Shown piece after piece: positions 1-12,173 of a stretch of 64,000 bases of DNA. The translations under genes were made by a program, and so were the position numbers. Position 1 is the first letter of the stretch; each line of letters opens with the position of its first letter. Below the pieces are notes generated by a model. It ran no database searches. It was not told where the DNA came from and saw only the letters and a list, made by a program, of their open reading frames with translations. The DNA is from Mobula hypostoma (lineage: Eukaryota), in the NCBI RefSeq assembly GCF_963921235.1, contig NC_086097.1, positions 109,742,001 to 109,806,000 on the forward strand, given 5' to 3'.

Positions 1-409
1 AGGACTGGTAAGAACTCAAGCTTGAGTACAAAGCTCTGCATCACCTCAAGTTTACAGGTATTGGAGCAAATGTGACCAGCCAAGCAAGCAGTGGGGCAGC
101 CATCCATAACTTCAGTGCATGCACAGAGCACACACTATAGATGATCATTCAATCTCATGCGCGTTACCACACATAGTCCGTACACATATACAAAGTTATA
201 GCTGGGATTGCAACGCATCTGTTCCGCAGTGCCACTGTCTGACAAAATTACAAAAAATAACTATCAAATTAAAATCAAATTACTCTTAAACCACTGACAC
301 GTGTAAAACAATATTGCAGAGCAGCCTTCATAACCCTTGCTGAAGTGTAATGATTCACTGACACAGAAATTTCACCCCAATTCTGACTGTACTAGAGCAG
401 TTAAGGAAT

Positions 410-563
410 ACCTCCTTCCCCTCCCCCCACCTTTTTATTCTGGCATCTTCTCCCTTCCTTCTCAGTCCTGATGAAGGGCCTCAGCCCGAAACATCGACTG
501 TTTATTCATTTCCATAGATGTTGCCTGACCTGCTGAGTTCCTCCAGCATTTTGTGTGTGTTGC
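410..563 (+). mobile_element. Penelope-like element, 3'-terminal remnant
   Basis: Matches the reverse complement of the 3' end of the GIY-YIG-bearing element at 6832-7968 (CAGTCCTGATGAAGGG...GAAAC...CCTGACCTGCTGAGTTCCTCCAGCATTTTGTGTG). Flanked by the direct repeat TAAGGAAT (402-409 and 564-571), a candidate target-site duplication (TSD). Confidence 0.8.
463..500 (+). ncRNA. Minimal type I hammerhead ribozyme motif in PLE 3' end
   Basis: CAGTC-CTGATGA-A-GGGC-CTCA-GCCC-GAAA-CATC-GACTG: stem I CAGTC/GACTG, CUGAUGA core, perfect stem II GGGC/GCCC, GAAA, NUH triplet AUC. Confidence 0.7.
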
Positions 564-2058
564 TAAGGAATTCAATTGTTCAATTTCAAATGAATAGATA
601 GGTGCCAGGCCTTAAAAGAGTTTCACTGTTGCTAACATAATAGAATGCTATAAAACCCAAAGAGCATTCAGAGAGTGTTTTACCTTTAATCTCAGCAGGG
701 AAATAGAATGTGTAAGCCAAGCTGGAAAGTAGGGATAAAAATGTATAACAGAGAAGCAACCTGGAATCGGGTCTGAGTAAGTGTAACATTAACACTCGGT
801 GTGTTGCTATAACAACATTGAATGATCACATGCATATTTGAGTCCACGTGGTGAAGTTCTAAAGTCAGGCTGTTAGCAAGGGGTCTAGAGCACAAACACT
901 ATTTCTCAACAGGAGAGGAAGGCGGATAGGTCAACATCCACTCTACTTCTCCTAGCAAATGGTCACAGTACAGTATTGGCACAGACCAAGAAATAGGTCA
1001 CCTGGCTGCGTTTCTTTTGGGGAACGGTGCAGAACATTAAGGGGAAGGAAAGCAGCAGAACATAGCAGGCTTAGTGCAACACACTGAAAGCTGCAGAGGA
1101 AATCTGAACTCGGGCTGGGGGAGGGGGTGATATGCAGAGAGTCTCTCTATGACACACATGGTGTCTGCAGAAGCTGTGCCAGGCAGTTTACAACTTCAAG
1201 CTTGTCATTGCACAGCTCTGGCCTCAAACGGTGCAATTTAGATGCTATTCCCTTCCACGATTAAAACCTGCTTCATTTTCATATGGGTCATTAGTACTTG
1301 CTATTAGAACACACTGCTTCTATTAACAGACTGGTTTTAATTTATAAATTTATTTAAGCAATGCAGATGCCACTAGCATTAGATTGCCAGACAGGGGAGA
1401 AGAAAAAAAACAATGGTTTTCCAAAGTGATTCCATTATTTTACTGCTCTGCAAATTCAGGGCCTTTTAATCTAGTTATAAACATTAAGGGCTTTTAATGC
1501 AATTTCACTTTGCTGCAGCACTAGACTATTGGGTGCAATTTAATTCCAATAACACCAGATGAAGTTCTTCACTAAATTTTGGAGCAGAGTTCAATGATCA
1601 TTTCATTAACAGAAAATAAAACAAATTTTAAAGGATATCGGGAAAGCTATTACACAGCACGCTCCTCTCCGTTTCACTGTGAAGTCTGAGATTCAAACCC
1701 GTCCAAAGAGCATTACACCACTCCAACCATGATTTCTTTCATTCTTTCAATTGTTGGCCTTTGTTCCTTTTAGTTCATTATGTCTTTGCCCAGAACATAA
1801 TCAGTTTCAGAAACAGCAGAATTAACTGTTATATTTTCAGCAAATATGTTAAACTGTAACTATAACTATGGGATTAATGCATCCAGATATGCATATGCAA
1901 TAAGTTATTGATAGCCAAGGCATTATAGAACCAAGGAAAATTCATGAGGTTAGCCAATGATTGTAAGCACAGTCATGCTGCCAAAAGGGGACCCTCTAGG
2001 GGACCCCAGATTTCCTTGCCTAAGCAGTTCTGATAAGAAGAAGGGTACTTTAATTTCC

Positions 2059-2370
2059 CCCTGGGCCACCTCCTCCTTCCCTTTCTCCTATTGTTCACTC
2101 TCCTCTCCTCTCAGATTCTTTCGTCTCCAGCCCTTGACCTTTCCCACCCACCTGGCTTCACCTATCACCTTCCAGCCAGCCTCCTTCCCCACCCCCCACA
2201 TTGTTATTCTGGTGTCCTCCCCCTTCCCTCTCAGTCCTGAAGAAGGGTCTCAGCCTGAAACATCAGCTGCCTACTCATTTCCATAGATGCTGCCTGACCT
2301 GCTCAGTTCCTCCAGTATCTTGTGTGTGTTGCATTGGATTTTCCAGCCTCTGCATACTTTCTCATGATTG
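2059..2370 (+). mobile_element. Penelope-like element, 3' fragment
   Basis: Pyrimidine-rich 3' UTR and terminal motif are collinear with the reverse complement of 6840-7110. Contains a decayed hammerhead motif at 2232-2269. Ends are approximate. Confidence 0.75.
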
Positions 2371-2869
2371 AGGTAACTTCAGTTTCCATGGTTCAGATTT
2401 TTTATTGCAGTGCATCGGGGTGATCCTGAGTTCTCCAGTATAAATTAATCACAGTAGTATTAATGCAAATCAGAGATCTATAAAACGAAAAAAAAGCCGT
2501 GTGATGCATTTTGCACAGGAAATCTCAAACCATTTCTCTCCAAAGATCCAGAAAAATGTCATACCAAGACTGAATCGCTGCATAAACTTTTATGCTAAAA
2601 GATTCATGTATTTTATTTCATGCACTTTTGCAAAAGTAATTCACTTGCTTCAGAAACTCAGCCAGGTGGATTTTAATCTGGGTTTATTTATTTCCTACAA
2701 GAAGTCATCATGAAGCAGTAGAATATGATTGGGATTAGCTTGACTGGTATTTCTTGGACGACATCGATACATAGGGGCTGCAGGCTGTTCTCCTGTGCTG
2801 GTCACCCATATCATTCTAATATTTGACTCTATGCTTATGACTCAAATCTTACAGCATATTCTAGGTTAT

Positions 2870-3950
2870 TAGCCCAGTGGAGGTCAGAGACAGTGGTGTC
2901 CCACAAGCAACTGTTCTAGGGCTCCTCCTCTTTGTGATTTTTATAACTGAGTTGGATGAGGAAGTGGAAGGCTAGCAAGTTTTCAAATGACATAGGCTGG
3001 TTGTGTTGTGGATGTGGCTGTCTGACAATGGGACATTGATAGGATGGAGAGCTGGGCTGAGAAGTGGCAAATGAAGTTCAGGCCAGAAAAGTGTGAAGTG
3101 ATACACTTTGGATGGTCAAACTTGAAGGCAGAGTACAGGGCTAATGGCAGACGATGCCTTCTTGAGGTGCTGCCTTTTGTAAATCTCCTCAGTAGTGGGG
3201 AGGGCTGTGCCGGTGACGGAGCTAGCTGCTTCTACAGCTCTATCTACCCTGGGGAGTGCTGTAGAGCAGAGGGACCTGGGAGCACAATTATATAGTTCCC
3301 TGAACGGTGGTGAAGAAGGCTTTTGGCATGCTGGCCTTCATCGATCAGGACATAGAGTATAGAATTGGGATGTTATGTTGTGATTGTAGAAGATGCTGAG
3401 GAGACTGCACTTGTACTATTGTGTGCAGTTTTGGCCACCCTGCTAAAGGAAAGATGCTATTAAACTGGAATGACTGCAGAGGAAATTTACAAGGATGTTG
3501 CCAGGACTTGTGAGACTGGGTGACGGAGATTGATTGAACAGGTTGGGACTTTTTTCACTGAAGTGTAGAAGAATGAGGGATGGTCTTATAAATGTGTATA
3601 AAATAATGTTTGTGTATAGGATGAATATGCACCGACTTTTTTACGAAGCTTGGGGAATCAACAACTACAGGACGTAGCTTTAGGGTGTCAGGGGAGTGAT
3701 TTATTTGGAAACCGAGGGGTAACTTTTTCACCCAGAGTGGCCAGTACACAAGATGAGCTACCTGGGGGGCGGGTTGAGGCAGCCACATGAACAACATCTA
3801 GAAGGTATTTTGATAGGTGCATAGATAGGAACGGCTTAGAAGGATATGAGACAAACATGGTCAAATGGGACTAGCTTGGGTGGAAATCTTGGTTGATATG
3901 GACCAGCTGAGTCAAAGGACATGTTTCTGTGCACAGTTACTTTATGACTT
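2870..3950 (+). mobile_element. Degenerate 5'-truncated CR1 LINE (RT C-terminal region to 3' tail)
   Basis: The ORF at 3044 reads WAEKWQMKFRPEKCEVIHFG. The region is collinear with the CR1 at 12174-14026 (GTGCAGTTTTGG, TTTTCACCCAGAG) and has many stops and indels. Confidence 0.85.
3151..3245 (-). mobile_element. Short non-CR1 insert in the CR1, probably a Rex1/Babar-like LINE fragment
   Basis: Breaks CR1 collinearity between ...AATGGCAG and ACCCTGGGGAGTG. Family assignment rests on recalled similarity only. Confidence 0.35.
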
Positions 3951-4249
3951 CCCACCTGCAATAGCTCATCAGCTAATGCACTGTGACTGCCCATTCAGTG
4001 TGCCAAATTAAAATTACAGTGGGATCTTGTCATGCAAAGGATCCTGCCACAGTTTCTAAAAATAATTCTGGAAGCACTAGCAGGTCAGACAACATTTAGG
4101 GAAGGAAAGCAGAGATAATGTTTCAGGTCAAAGAACGTTTATTAGTGACATGTATAGAAGGACATCTAAGTCCCTGTGGACATCAACAGTACATAATATG
4201 CACTGCTTCTATATTACATGTACCAGAGGGAATGACCTCATATTTTTCT

Positions 4250-5050
4250 ACATTACATTCCACCTGGCATGTTCTTGTGTTGTTGTCCACCTACCCAACA
4301 TGCTCAAATCCATTCCTAGCTCTTTAATCCCCCTCTATATTCACAATCCCACCTAATTTAGGCAAAAGTTGTATTTTATATTTACACACAAATCAAGGAT
4401 TCCAGGCACTGATCCTTGCCAATCCCCACCAGTTACGAGCTGCCAAAAAATTCTATTAGTCACACATCAACCCGCTTTGCTTCAAGGAGAGCAACCTTCA
4501 ATCCTCCAATCTAATCTTCCAGCTAAAATCCCTCAAACCCAGAACCATTCTGATAAGTCTCCTCTACACTCTCTCATAGACCATCATTTCCTTTACGTTT
4601 AAAATTGTGTCATTGTAAATCTGCCCAAAAAGTCTGTTTCGCTAAAATGCATCATTTTACACGTCACAGTATTAAATTCCATCTGCTAAATGTCTGCGTA
4701 TCCCCCAACCTATCTATGCCCTGCCATAACAAAATGGTATCATCCTCACTGAGTGCCATACCACAAATTGTAGCTTTGGAAAAGTTTCAAATTTTACTCT
4801 TCATTTCGAGACGTTTGCATATACAGTACTGTGCAAAAGTCTTGGGCACATATATATAGCTAGGGTACTTTGGTTCATTAGCCAATTTTTATCCAACCTT
4901 GCAATGACCTTCCTTTATTGACAGCCTCATTTTCGTCAAGCAATGCTTTCAGAAGATCTGTATGGACAGCATCCACAGCATTCCCTTCACCATATTTCTC
5001 AGTTGCAGTGTCAAAAAGATCATTCAGGTTAGTTGTTCTTTATAAGTCAA
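4250..5050 (-). mobile_element. Old, highly decayed CR1 LINE fragment
   Basis: The reverse complement of 4640-4686 reads GCAGATGGAATTTAAT...AAAATGATGCATTTT (QMEFN...MHF motif). Near 4935-4977 it resembles the VDxVxxDFxKAFD motif. Boundaries are vague. Confidence 0.55.
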
Positions 5051-6195
5051 TGTCAGCTCAAATGTATTCAGTGCCTGTTTAACATTTCTCCAACCAAAAT
5101 TAAACCGACCAGCCTGTTGTAACTGGAAAAGGTCTTTCCTGAACTAGAGTGTCATGGTAAAAATCTATCTGTTCTATTAGAAATTTATTACAAGCCTTCT
5201 TGTTTTCTTCATCTCCACTTTCCTTACAACATGGGATGCAAGGCATCCAGAGAAGATGACCCTAAGCACAGATAGCTGTACCAGAGCAGCTGGCCTATCA
5301 ATTTTGTTGCCCATCAGTATTGTTCATACATTTCCTTCTATTAATAGGATGCTAAATGCTACTTTTTCAGCAGTTTACAACAGTTTCAGAGCTATCTTGG
5401 AGTTGCTAATCACTTTTCCAGATGCATTTTCCTAAAGTTCTATCAGAATTTGCACTGATTTGAACTTTGAAGTAAATGTACAGGAAGCTACAGAGATTTC
5501 TTGGTCTACACTACAGAATAACTTTGAAGTTGAGGAATTATGGACGGAGAGTGCTGTTTATGTGGTTTCAGCTGGAGCTAAAGACAAGATATCTGAGTCA
5601 AGCCAATCCTGGTCTGATTTTTTTTTTGTGTTTCTGTGTTTCTTCTTGGAGGCCCTTATCTCATATGGAAACTATTCAGCTCTACTACTTACGAATCCAA
5701 ATTAACAAGTTGGGCAAATGGAGATGATAATCATATTGTTGCAAGAGCAAGAGCATGATTTCACTGCTGGGACAATAGGAGAGCTCTCATTCCATTCAAG
5801 TGATTTGCCCAACCTGCCACCTAAATAACAACTGACAGAAGCACATGGATGGCCGCTGACCTGCTTGGATGGCCGAACTACTCGATTAGTGCCAGACAAT
5901 TATGTCAGAATTTTAGGTAAATGGCGAGGCAGAAGGCAAGTGGAGCTGGAAAGCATTACAAAGTAGTTATCTACAGAGTCATGATGAATTCAACAGCTGC
6001 AGAAACATCATTCAAAGAACAAGAGGCAGTCTTTGAATTTGCTTTCTGTGAAAAAAACAAAACACAGTAAGGGTTCTGACATGGGAGCATCCATAAATAC
6101 TGGAAAAGATACAACCATTGTCTGAAAATACCAATATTAATAGATTCTTCCCCATCAGCCTTCTGCTCTATCGAATTAAGTAAATAAATAGATAA

Positions 6196-8362
6196 ATTGT
6201 GGATTCAGAATTGGCTTGTCCACAAAAGGCAGAGGGTGACTGTAGAGGGAGCATATTCTGCCTGGAAGTTAGCGTCCACTGGTGTTCCACAGGGATCTTT
6301 GTGATTTTTATAAATCAGTTTGATGAGGAAGTGAAAGGGTGGGTTAATAAGTTTGCAGATGACACAAAGGTTGGTGGAGTTGTGGATAGGATAGAAGGTG
6401 GTTGTAAGTTACAACAGGGACATTGACAAGATGTAGACATGGGCAGAAGAGTGGCAGATGGAGTTCAACTCAGAAAACCGTGAAGCGATTCACTTGTGAA
6501 AGTTGAATTTGAAGGCAGAATATAGGGTTAATGGCAGGATTCTTGGTAGTGTGGAGGAACGGAGGAATCTTGGAGTCCATGTCCATAGATTCCCCAAAGC
6601 TGCCATGCAAGTTAACAGGGTTGTTAAGAAGGCATATGGTGTGTTGGCCTTCAGTGCAGGGGGATAGATTTCAAGAGCTATGAAGTAATACTGCAGTTCT
6701 ATAGAATGCAAGTTAGACCATATTTATAATATTGTGTATAGTTCTGGTCACCTCAATAAAGATGTGGAAGCTTCAGAGGAAGTGCAAAGGAGATTTACCA
6801 GGATGCTACCTGGATTAGAGAACATGCCTTAAGAACCGCACACAAAATGCTGGAGAAACTCAGCAAGTCAGGTTGCACGTCTGGGAATGAATAAACAGTC
6901 AGTGTTTCAGGCCGGGTCCCTTCCTCAGGACTGGAAATGGATGGGGAAGAGACCAGAATGAGAAGCTGATGGGTGGTGGGTGGGGAAGAGAGCTAGAAGG
7001 TGACAGGTGAAGCCAGGTGGGTAGGGAAGGTAAAGGGCTGGAGAGGAAGGAATCTGATAGGAGTGGAGAATGGGCCATAGGAGAAAGGGAAGGGGGAGGG
7101 ACCTAGGGGAGGTGATAGGCAGGTGAGAAGAGGTAAGAGGCCAGAGTGGGGAATAGAAGAAGAGGGGAGTGGAGGGAATATTGTTACCTGAAGGAGAAAT
7201 TGATAATCATGCCATCAGGTTGGAGGCTACCCAGATAGAATATAAGGTGTTACTCCTCCACCCTGAGAGTGGCCTCATAGTGGCAAAAAAGGATGCCATG
7301 GACCAGCATGTCAGAATGGGAATGGGAATAGGAATTAAAATGTTTGCCCACTGGGAATTTCCACTTTTGGCAGATGGAGCGAAAGTCCCACAATTTATGA
7401 TGGACCTCACCAATGTAAAGGAAGTTGCATTGGGAGCACCAGACACAATAGACAACTCCAGCAGATTTGCAGGTAAGCTGTTGCCTCACCTACAGGACTG
7501 TTTGGGGCTCTGAACGAAGGTGATGGGGAAGTGTATGGGCAGGTGTAGCACTTAAGCTGCTTGCAGGGATAAGTGCTAGGAGGGAGATTAGTGGGGAGGG
7601 ACGAATGGACAAGGGAATCACAGAGGGAATGATCCCTACAGAAAGCAGAGAGAGGGGAGAGATAAAAATATGTATGATGGTAGGATCGCTTTGGAGATGG
7701 CAGAAGTTGCGGAGAATGATGCGTTGGATGTGGAGGTTCATGGGGTGGTAGGGAAGGACAAGAGGGTCTCTATCAGGAAGGTGGGTTGAGCATGGATGCT
7801 CAGGAAATGGAGGATATGGGTGAGGACAGCATCAATTGTGGAGGAAGGAAAACCCCATTCTTTGAAGAAGGAGGACATCTCTGATGTGCTAGAAAGGAAA
7901 GCATCATCCTGGAAACAGATGTGGCAGAGTTGAAGGAACTGAGAAAAGGTAATAGCATTTTTACAGGAAACATGCTTTATGAAGATAGGTTGAACAAGCT
8001 AAGGCTTTTCACGTTAGATTGAGAGAGGATGAGAGGTGACTGGACAAAGGTGTATAAAATGATAAGTGGCATTGATCGAGTGAATAGTCAAAGACTACTT
8101 CCCAGGGTGGAAGAGGGGGGCATAATTTTCAGTTCAGGAGGTTGTCAGAGGTTTTTTTTTAAACACAGAGAGTGGTGGGTGTGTGGAACGCGCTGCTAGG
8201 CAGATACATTAGGAATTTCTAAGAAAATCTTAAAATGGCACATGGATGCTAGAAAAATGAAAACCGTGTTGGGTTAGACTGATCCTAGAGTAGGTTATAA
8301 GGCTGACACAACGTCTTGGGCCAACGTGCCTGTACAGTGCTGTAGTGTTCTGTGTTCGATGA
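6196..8362 (+). mobile_element. 5'-truncated CR1 LINE interrupted by a Penelope-like insertion
   Basis: The ORF at 6199 contains VNKFADDTKVGGVVD (RT FADD motif). CR1 sequence stops at 6831, resumes at 7969 and ends in the tail GTGTTCTGTGTTCGATG. Confidence 0.88.
6832..7968 (-). mobile_element. Penelope-like retroelement, 5'-truncated, with GIY-YIG endonuclease remnant
   Basis: The minus-strand ORF 7250-7489 has GVVYCVWCSQCNFLYIGE (GIY-YIG motif) and PVGKHFN. Flanked by AACATGCCTTA (6821-6831) and AACATGCTTTA (7969-7979), an 11-bp TSD with one mismatch. Decayed hammerhead motif at 6896-6933. Confidence 0.88.
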
Positions 8363-9094
8363 TTTAATTTTGACCCCATCTAGAATCTTTACTATCTCAT
8401 TTTCTATTGATATTTTACAGAACTTCTTAGTAAGGGAATCATTCACAATTTTAGTTGTGCCATGAGCCTCTAACTGTACTTCACCTTTTATATCCCTAAT
8501 AGATCCAGAGCCACTCTATTGTGCCCTCTTCCTATTTATATTCTAGTGGGGAATTTTGGGATCCCTTTTATGTTAACTGTTGTTCTTATTTTATTTCTTT
8601 GCAGACCTTTCTCTTCATTTCCCTCTCTGTTTATTGTATTTAGCTTGGTTCTAGTTATTCCTCTGATATGAACCATGATTGTTTTTGTTTCATTTTCTTT
8701 ATCTCCTTCCATCATCATTCACGATGCCCTGGCTTTGATTTCCTTGCCTCTCCCTCATGTGTGACAGTACCTATTCCATATCTGAAACATATCTCCCTTG
8801 CATAGTTTCACTTTTCCCTGAATCCTTAGTCCCTTGTTACCCTATTGGACTTTGTCCTCTTCCAGTTCAGAAGTGTTCTTTTTGATGGTTCCTCTCTCTT
8901 TTCAAATACTCATCTTAACCTTGTCCCTTTCACTATTATGCAGGAGCTCCCCCACATTCATCTGGCCCACTTCAGTCTGAAGCAACAGATTCTGCCATGC
9001 CTCTTTTCAAAAGCTGAGATCATGCTGTCAAAGTCGTTCCCCTTAACACATTTCAGAAATTCGCCTGCCCCCTTTCCCTTTACTATAATGTTAT

Positions 9095-10940
9095 CCAATT
9101 CAGGAAGTTTGGATGTGAGTGTGCACAGCATGGTAAGTAAGTTTTTGAAAATGAATGGCGTTGTAGATAGTGTTATGAAAAAAAACGGGATATTTGATCA
9201 GTGAGGAAACGGGCTGAGGATTGACAAATAGCTTTCAATCCAGGTTAATATAAATTGGGAGCTAAAACCAGAATAAAGCATATACAGTGAATGGTAGGCT
9301 TCCAGGGATTGTTAGAGAACAGAGGGATTAACTTTTTTTATGATTTCAACCAATATTATTAAGCAAGGAGTCTGTGGACCCCAGGATTAAATGGACCTAA
9401 ACGTGACACACTGGAAGTGTAACAGGTAGAGAGGGTGATGAAGAACATGATACGCTGAGAACAGTGTCACAGGTAGAGAAGGTGATGAAGAACATGATAC
9501 ACTGAGAGTGTCACAGGTAGAGTGGGTGATGAAGAACATGATACACTGAGAACAGCATCACAGGTAGAGAGGGTGATGAAGAACATGATACACTGACAAC
9601 GGTGTCACAGGTAGAGAGGGTGATGAAGAACATGATACACTGACAACGGTGTCACAGGTAGAGAGGGTGATGAAGAACATGATACACTGAGAACAGCATC
9701 ACAGGTAGAGAGGGTGATGAAGAACATGATACACTGACAACGGTGTCACAGGTAGAGAGGGTGATGAAGAACATGATACACTGAGAACAGCATCACAGGT
9801 AGAGAGGGTGATGAAGAACATGATACACTGACAACGGTGTCACAGGTAGAGAGGGTGATGAAGAACATGATACGCTGAGAACAGTGTCACAGGTAGAGAA
9901 GGTGATGAAGAACATGATACACTGACAACGGTGTCACAGGTAGAGAGGGTGATGAAGAACATGATACACTGACAACGGTGTCACAGGTAGAGAGGTTGAT
10001 GAAGAACATGATACGCTGAGAACAGTGTCACAGGTAGAGAAGGTGATGAAGAACATGATACACTGAGAACAGCATCACAGGTAGAGAGGGTGATGAAGAA
10101 CATGATACACTGACAACGGTGTCACAGGTAGAGAGGGTGATGAAGAACATGATACGCTGAGAACAGTGTCACAGGTAGAGAAGGTGATGAAGAACATGAT
10201 ACACTGAGAACAGCATCACAGGTAGAGAGGGTGATGAAGAACATGATACACTGAGAACAGCATCACAGGTAGAGAGGGTGATGAAGAACATGATACACTG
10301 ACAACGGTGTCACAGGTAGAGAGGGTGATGAAGAACATGATACACTGACAACGGTGTCACAGGTAGAGAGGGTGATGAAGAAGGTACTTGTCAGTATACT
10401 GAGAACAGGGGTTGGGAAGTTATGTTGTCATTATTTAAGAAGTTTCTAAGGTCATACTTGGAGTATTGTGAACAGATTTGGTGCCCCTCTTATATGTATT
10501 AAATTGGAAGATTGAAGAAAATATTTTACAGGAAATTGTCTGATCTTGGGGGGCCTGAGTCACAAGGAGAAAATGTGTAGAGTAGGACTTTGATCCCTGG
10601 GACATAGGAGACAGAGGGATGACAAAATCATGAGGGACATCGACCGGGTGAAAGTGCATGGTCTTCTTCCCAGCGAGGATGTGCAAAAACCATGAGATCG
10701 TAGGTTTAAGATCTTTGTCCAGAGATTTAAAAGGGGCATCATGAGGAGTTTCTTTATGCAAAGGGCTGTGTGTGTTTGGAATGAGCTACCAGAAATAGTG
10801 GTTGAAGCAGGCATAATAGCAATGGATTGTAGGAGTTAGGAGGGCTATGGGCCAGATGTGGATAAATAGGACACCACAGTCAGCATTGATCAGTTGAGCT
10901 GAAGGGCCTGTTTTCATGTTGTGTGTTCCTATGAATCTTA
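9095..10940 (+). mobile_element. Decayed CR1 LINE hosting a minisatellite
   Basis: CR1-like sequence lies on both sides of the 47-bp array (GAGAACAGAGGGAT upstream; TACTTGGAGTATTGTG, TGGAATGAGCTACCAG and the tail GCTGAAGGGCCTGTTT...CCTATG downstream). Confidence 0.75.
9421..10383 (+). repeat. 47-bp minisatellite, ~20.5 units
   Basis: Unit CAGGTAGAGAGGGTGATGAAGAACATGATACACTGA(G/C)AAC(A/G)G(TG/CA)TCA. CAGGTAG recurs at 9423, 9470, 9514 and 9561, then every 47 bp to 10360. Confidence 0.97.
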
Positions 10941-12173
10941 GAATCAGAAGATTCCAAGAAGATTTGCTCATATAGCATCCACAAAGTTCAATTTAATATC
11001 AAAGTATGTACAGTGTCTATAAAAAGTATTCACCCCACCCTTGGAAGTTTTCATGTTTTATTGCTTTACAATATTGAATCACAGTGGATTTAATTTGGCT
11101 TTTTTGACACTGATCAGCAGAAAAAGACTCTTTCATGTCAAAGTGAAAACAGAACTCTACTGGTACAGCCAATTGGTTTTAGAAGTCACATAATTAGTTA
11201 AATGGAGATTTGTTTTTGGAGGCCCGTGTGCAATCAAGGTGTTTTAATTGATTGTAATAAAAATACACCTGTATCGGGAAGGTCCAACTGCTAGTGAGTC
11301 AGTATCCTGGCAAAAACTACACCATGAACGCAAAAGAACATTTCAAGCAACTCTGCGAAAAGGTTATTGAAAAGCACAAGTAAGGAGATGGGTACAAAAA
11401 ATTTTTCAAGTCTTTAAATATCCCTTGGAGTAGAGTTAAGTCAATCATCAAGAAATGGAAAGAATATTGCACAGCTGTAAATCTGCCTAGAGACGGTTGT
11501 CCTCAAAAACTGAGTGACTATGCAAGAAGTGGACTAGTGAGGGAGGCCACCAAGAGACTTATAACAACTCTGCAGAAGTTACAGGCTTCAGTGGCTGAGA
11601 TGGGAGAGACAGCACATACAGCAACTGTTGTCCGGGTGCTTCAGCATTTGCAGTTTTACGGGAGAGTGGCAGAGAGAAGGCCACTGTTGAAAAAAAAACC
11701 TCACGTGAAATCTCAGCTACAGTTTGCCAAAAAGCATGTGGGAGAACTGAAGTCAGCTGGAAGAAGGTTCAGTGGTCTGATCAAACCAAAATTAAGATTT
11801 TTGGCCGTCAGACTAAACACTATGCTTGGAGTAAACACATCATCAAAAACACACCATCCCTACCATGAAGCATGGTGGTGGCTGCATCATGCTGTGGGGA
11901 TGCTTCACTGCAGCAGGCCCTGGAAGGTTTCTGAAGGTAGAGGCTAAAATGAAGGCAGCAAAATACAAGGAAATTCTGGAGGAAAACGAGAACCAGTCTG
12001 CAAGAGAACTGTGACTTGGGAGAAGATTTGTTTTCCAGCAAGACAATGACCCCAAGCATAAAGACAAAGCCATACAGGAATGGCTTAAAGACAATAAAGT
12101 TAATGTCCTGGAGTGGTCAAATCAGAGTCAAGACTTCGATCCAATTGAGAATTTGTGGCTGGACTTGAAAAGG

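Noticed and set aside
4065..4150. Fifth PLE 3' end or hammerhead on the minus strand
   Set aside because: It resembles the PLE terminus (GCAGGTCAG...ATGTTTCAGG), but the CUGANGA core is destroyed and it is too decayed to call.
4823..4870. Possible Tc1/MITE terminus TACAGTACTGTGCAAAAGTCTTGGGCAC
   Set aside because: No partner inverted end was found, so it is too short to support.
570..6190. Host exons in the non-repeat stretches (e.g. ORFs 2501-2713, 5460-5705)
   Set aside because: No recognisable protein similarity or consistent splice structure. Small exons or conserved non-coding elements cannot be excluded without alignment or RNA-seq.
9421..10383. CRISPR-like array (constant block plus variable segment)
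   Set aside because: The variable parts are 3-4 recurring near-identical variants rather than unique spacers. There are no cas genes and the context is eukaryotic.
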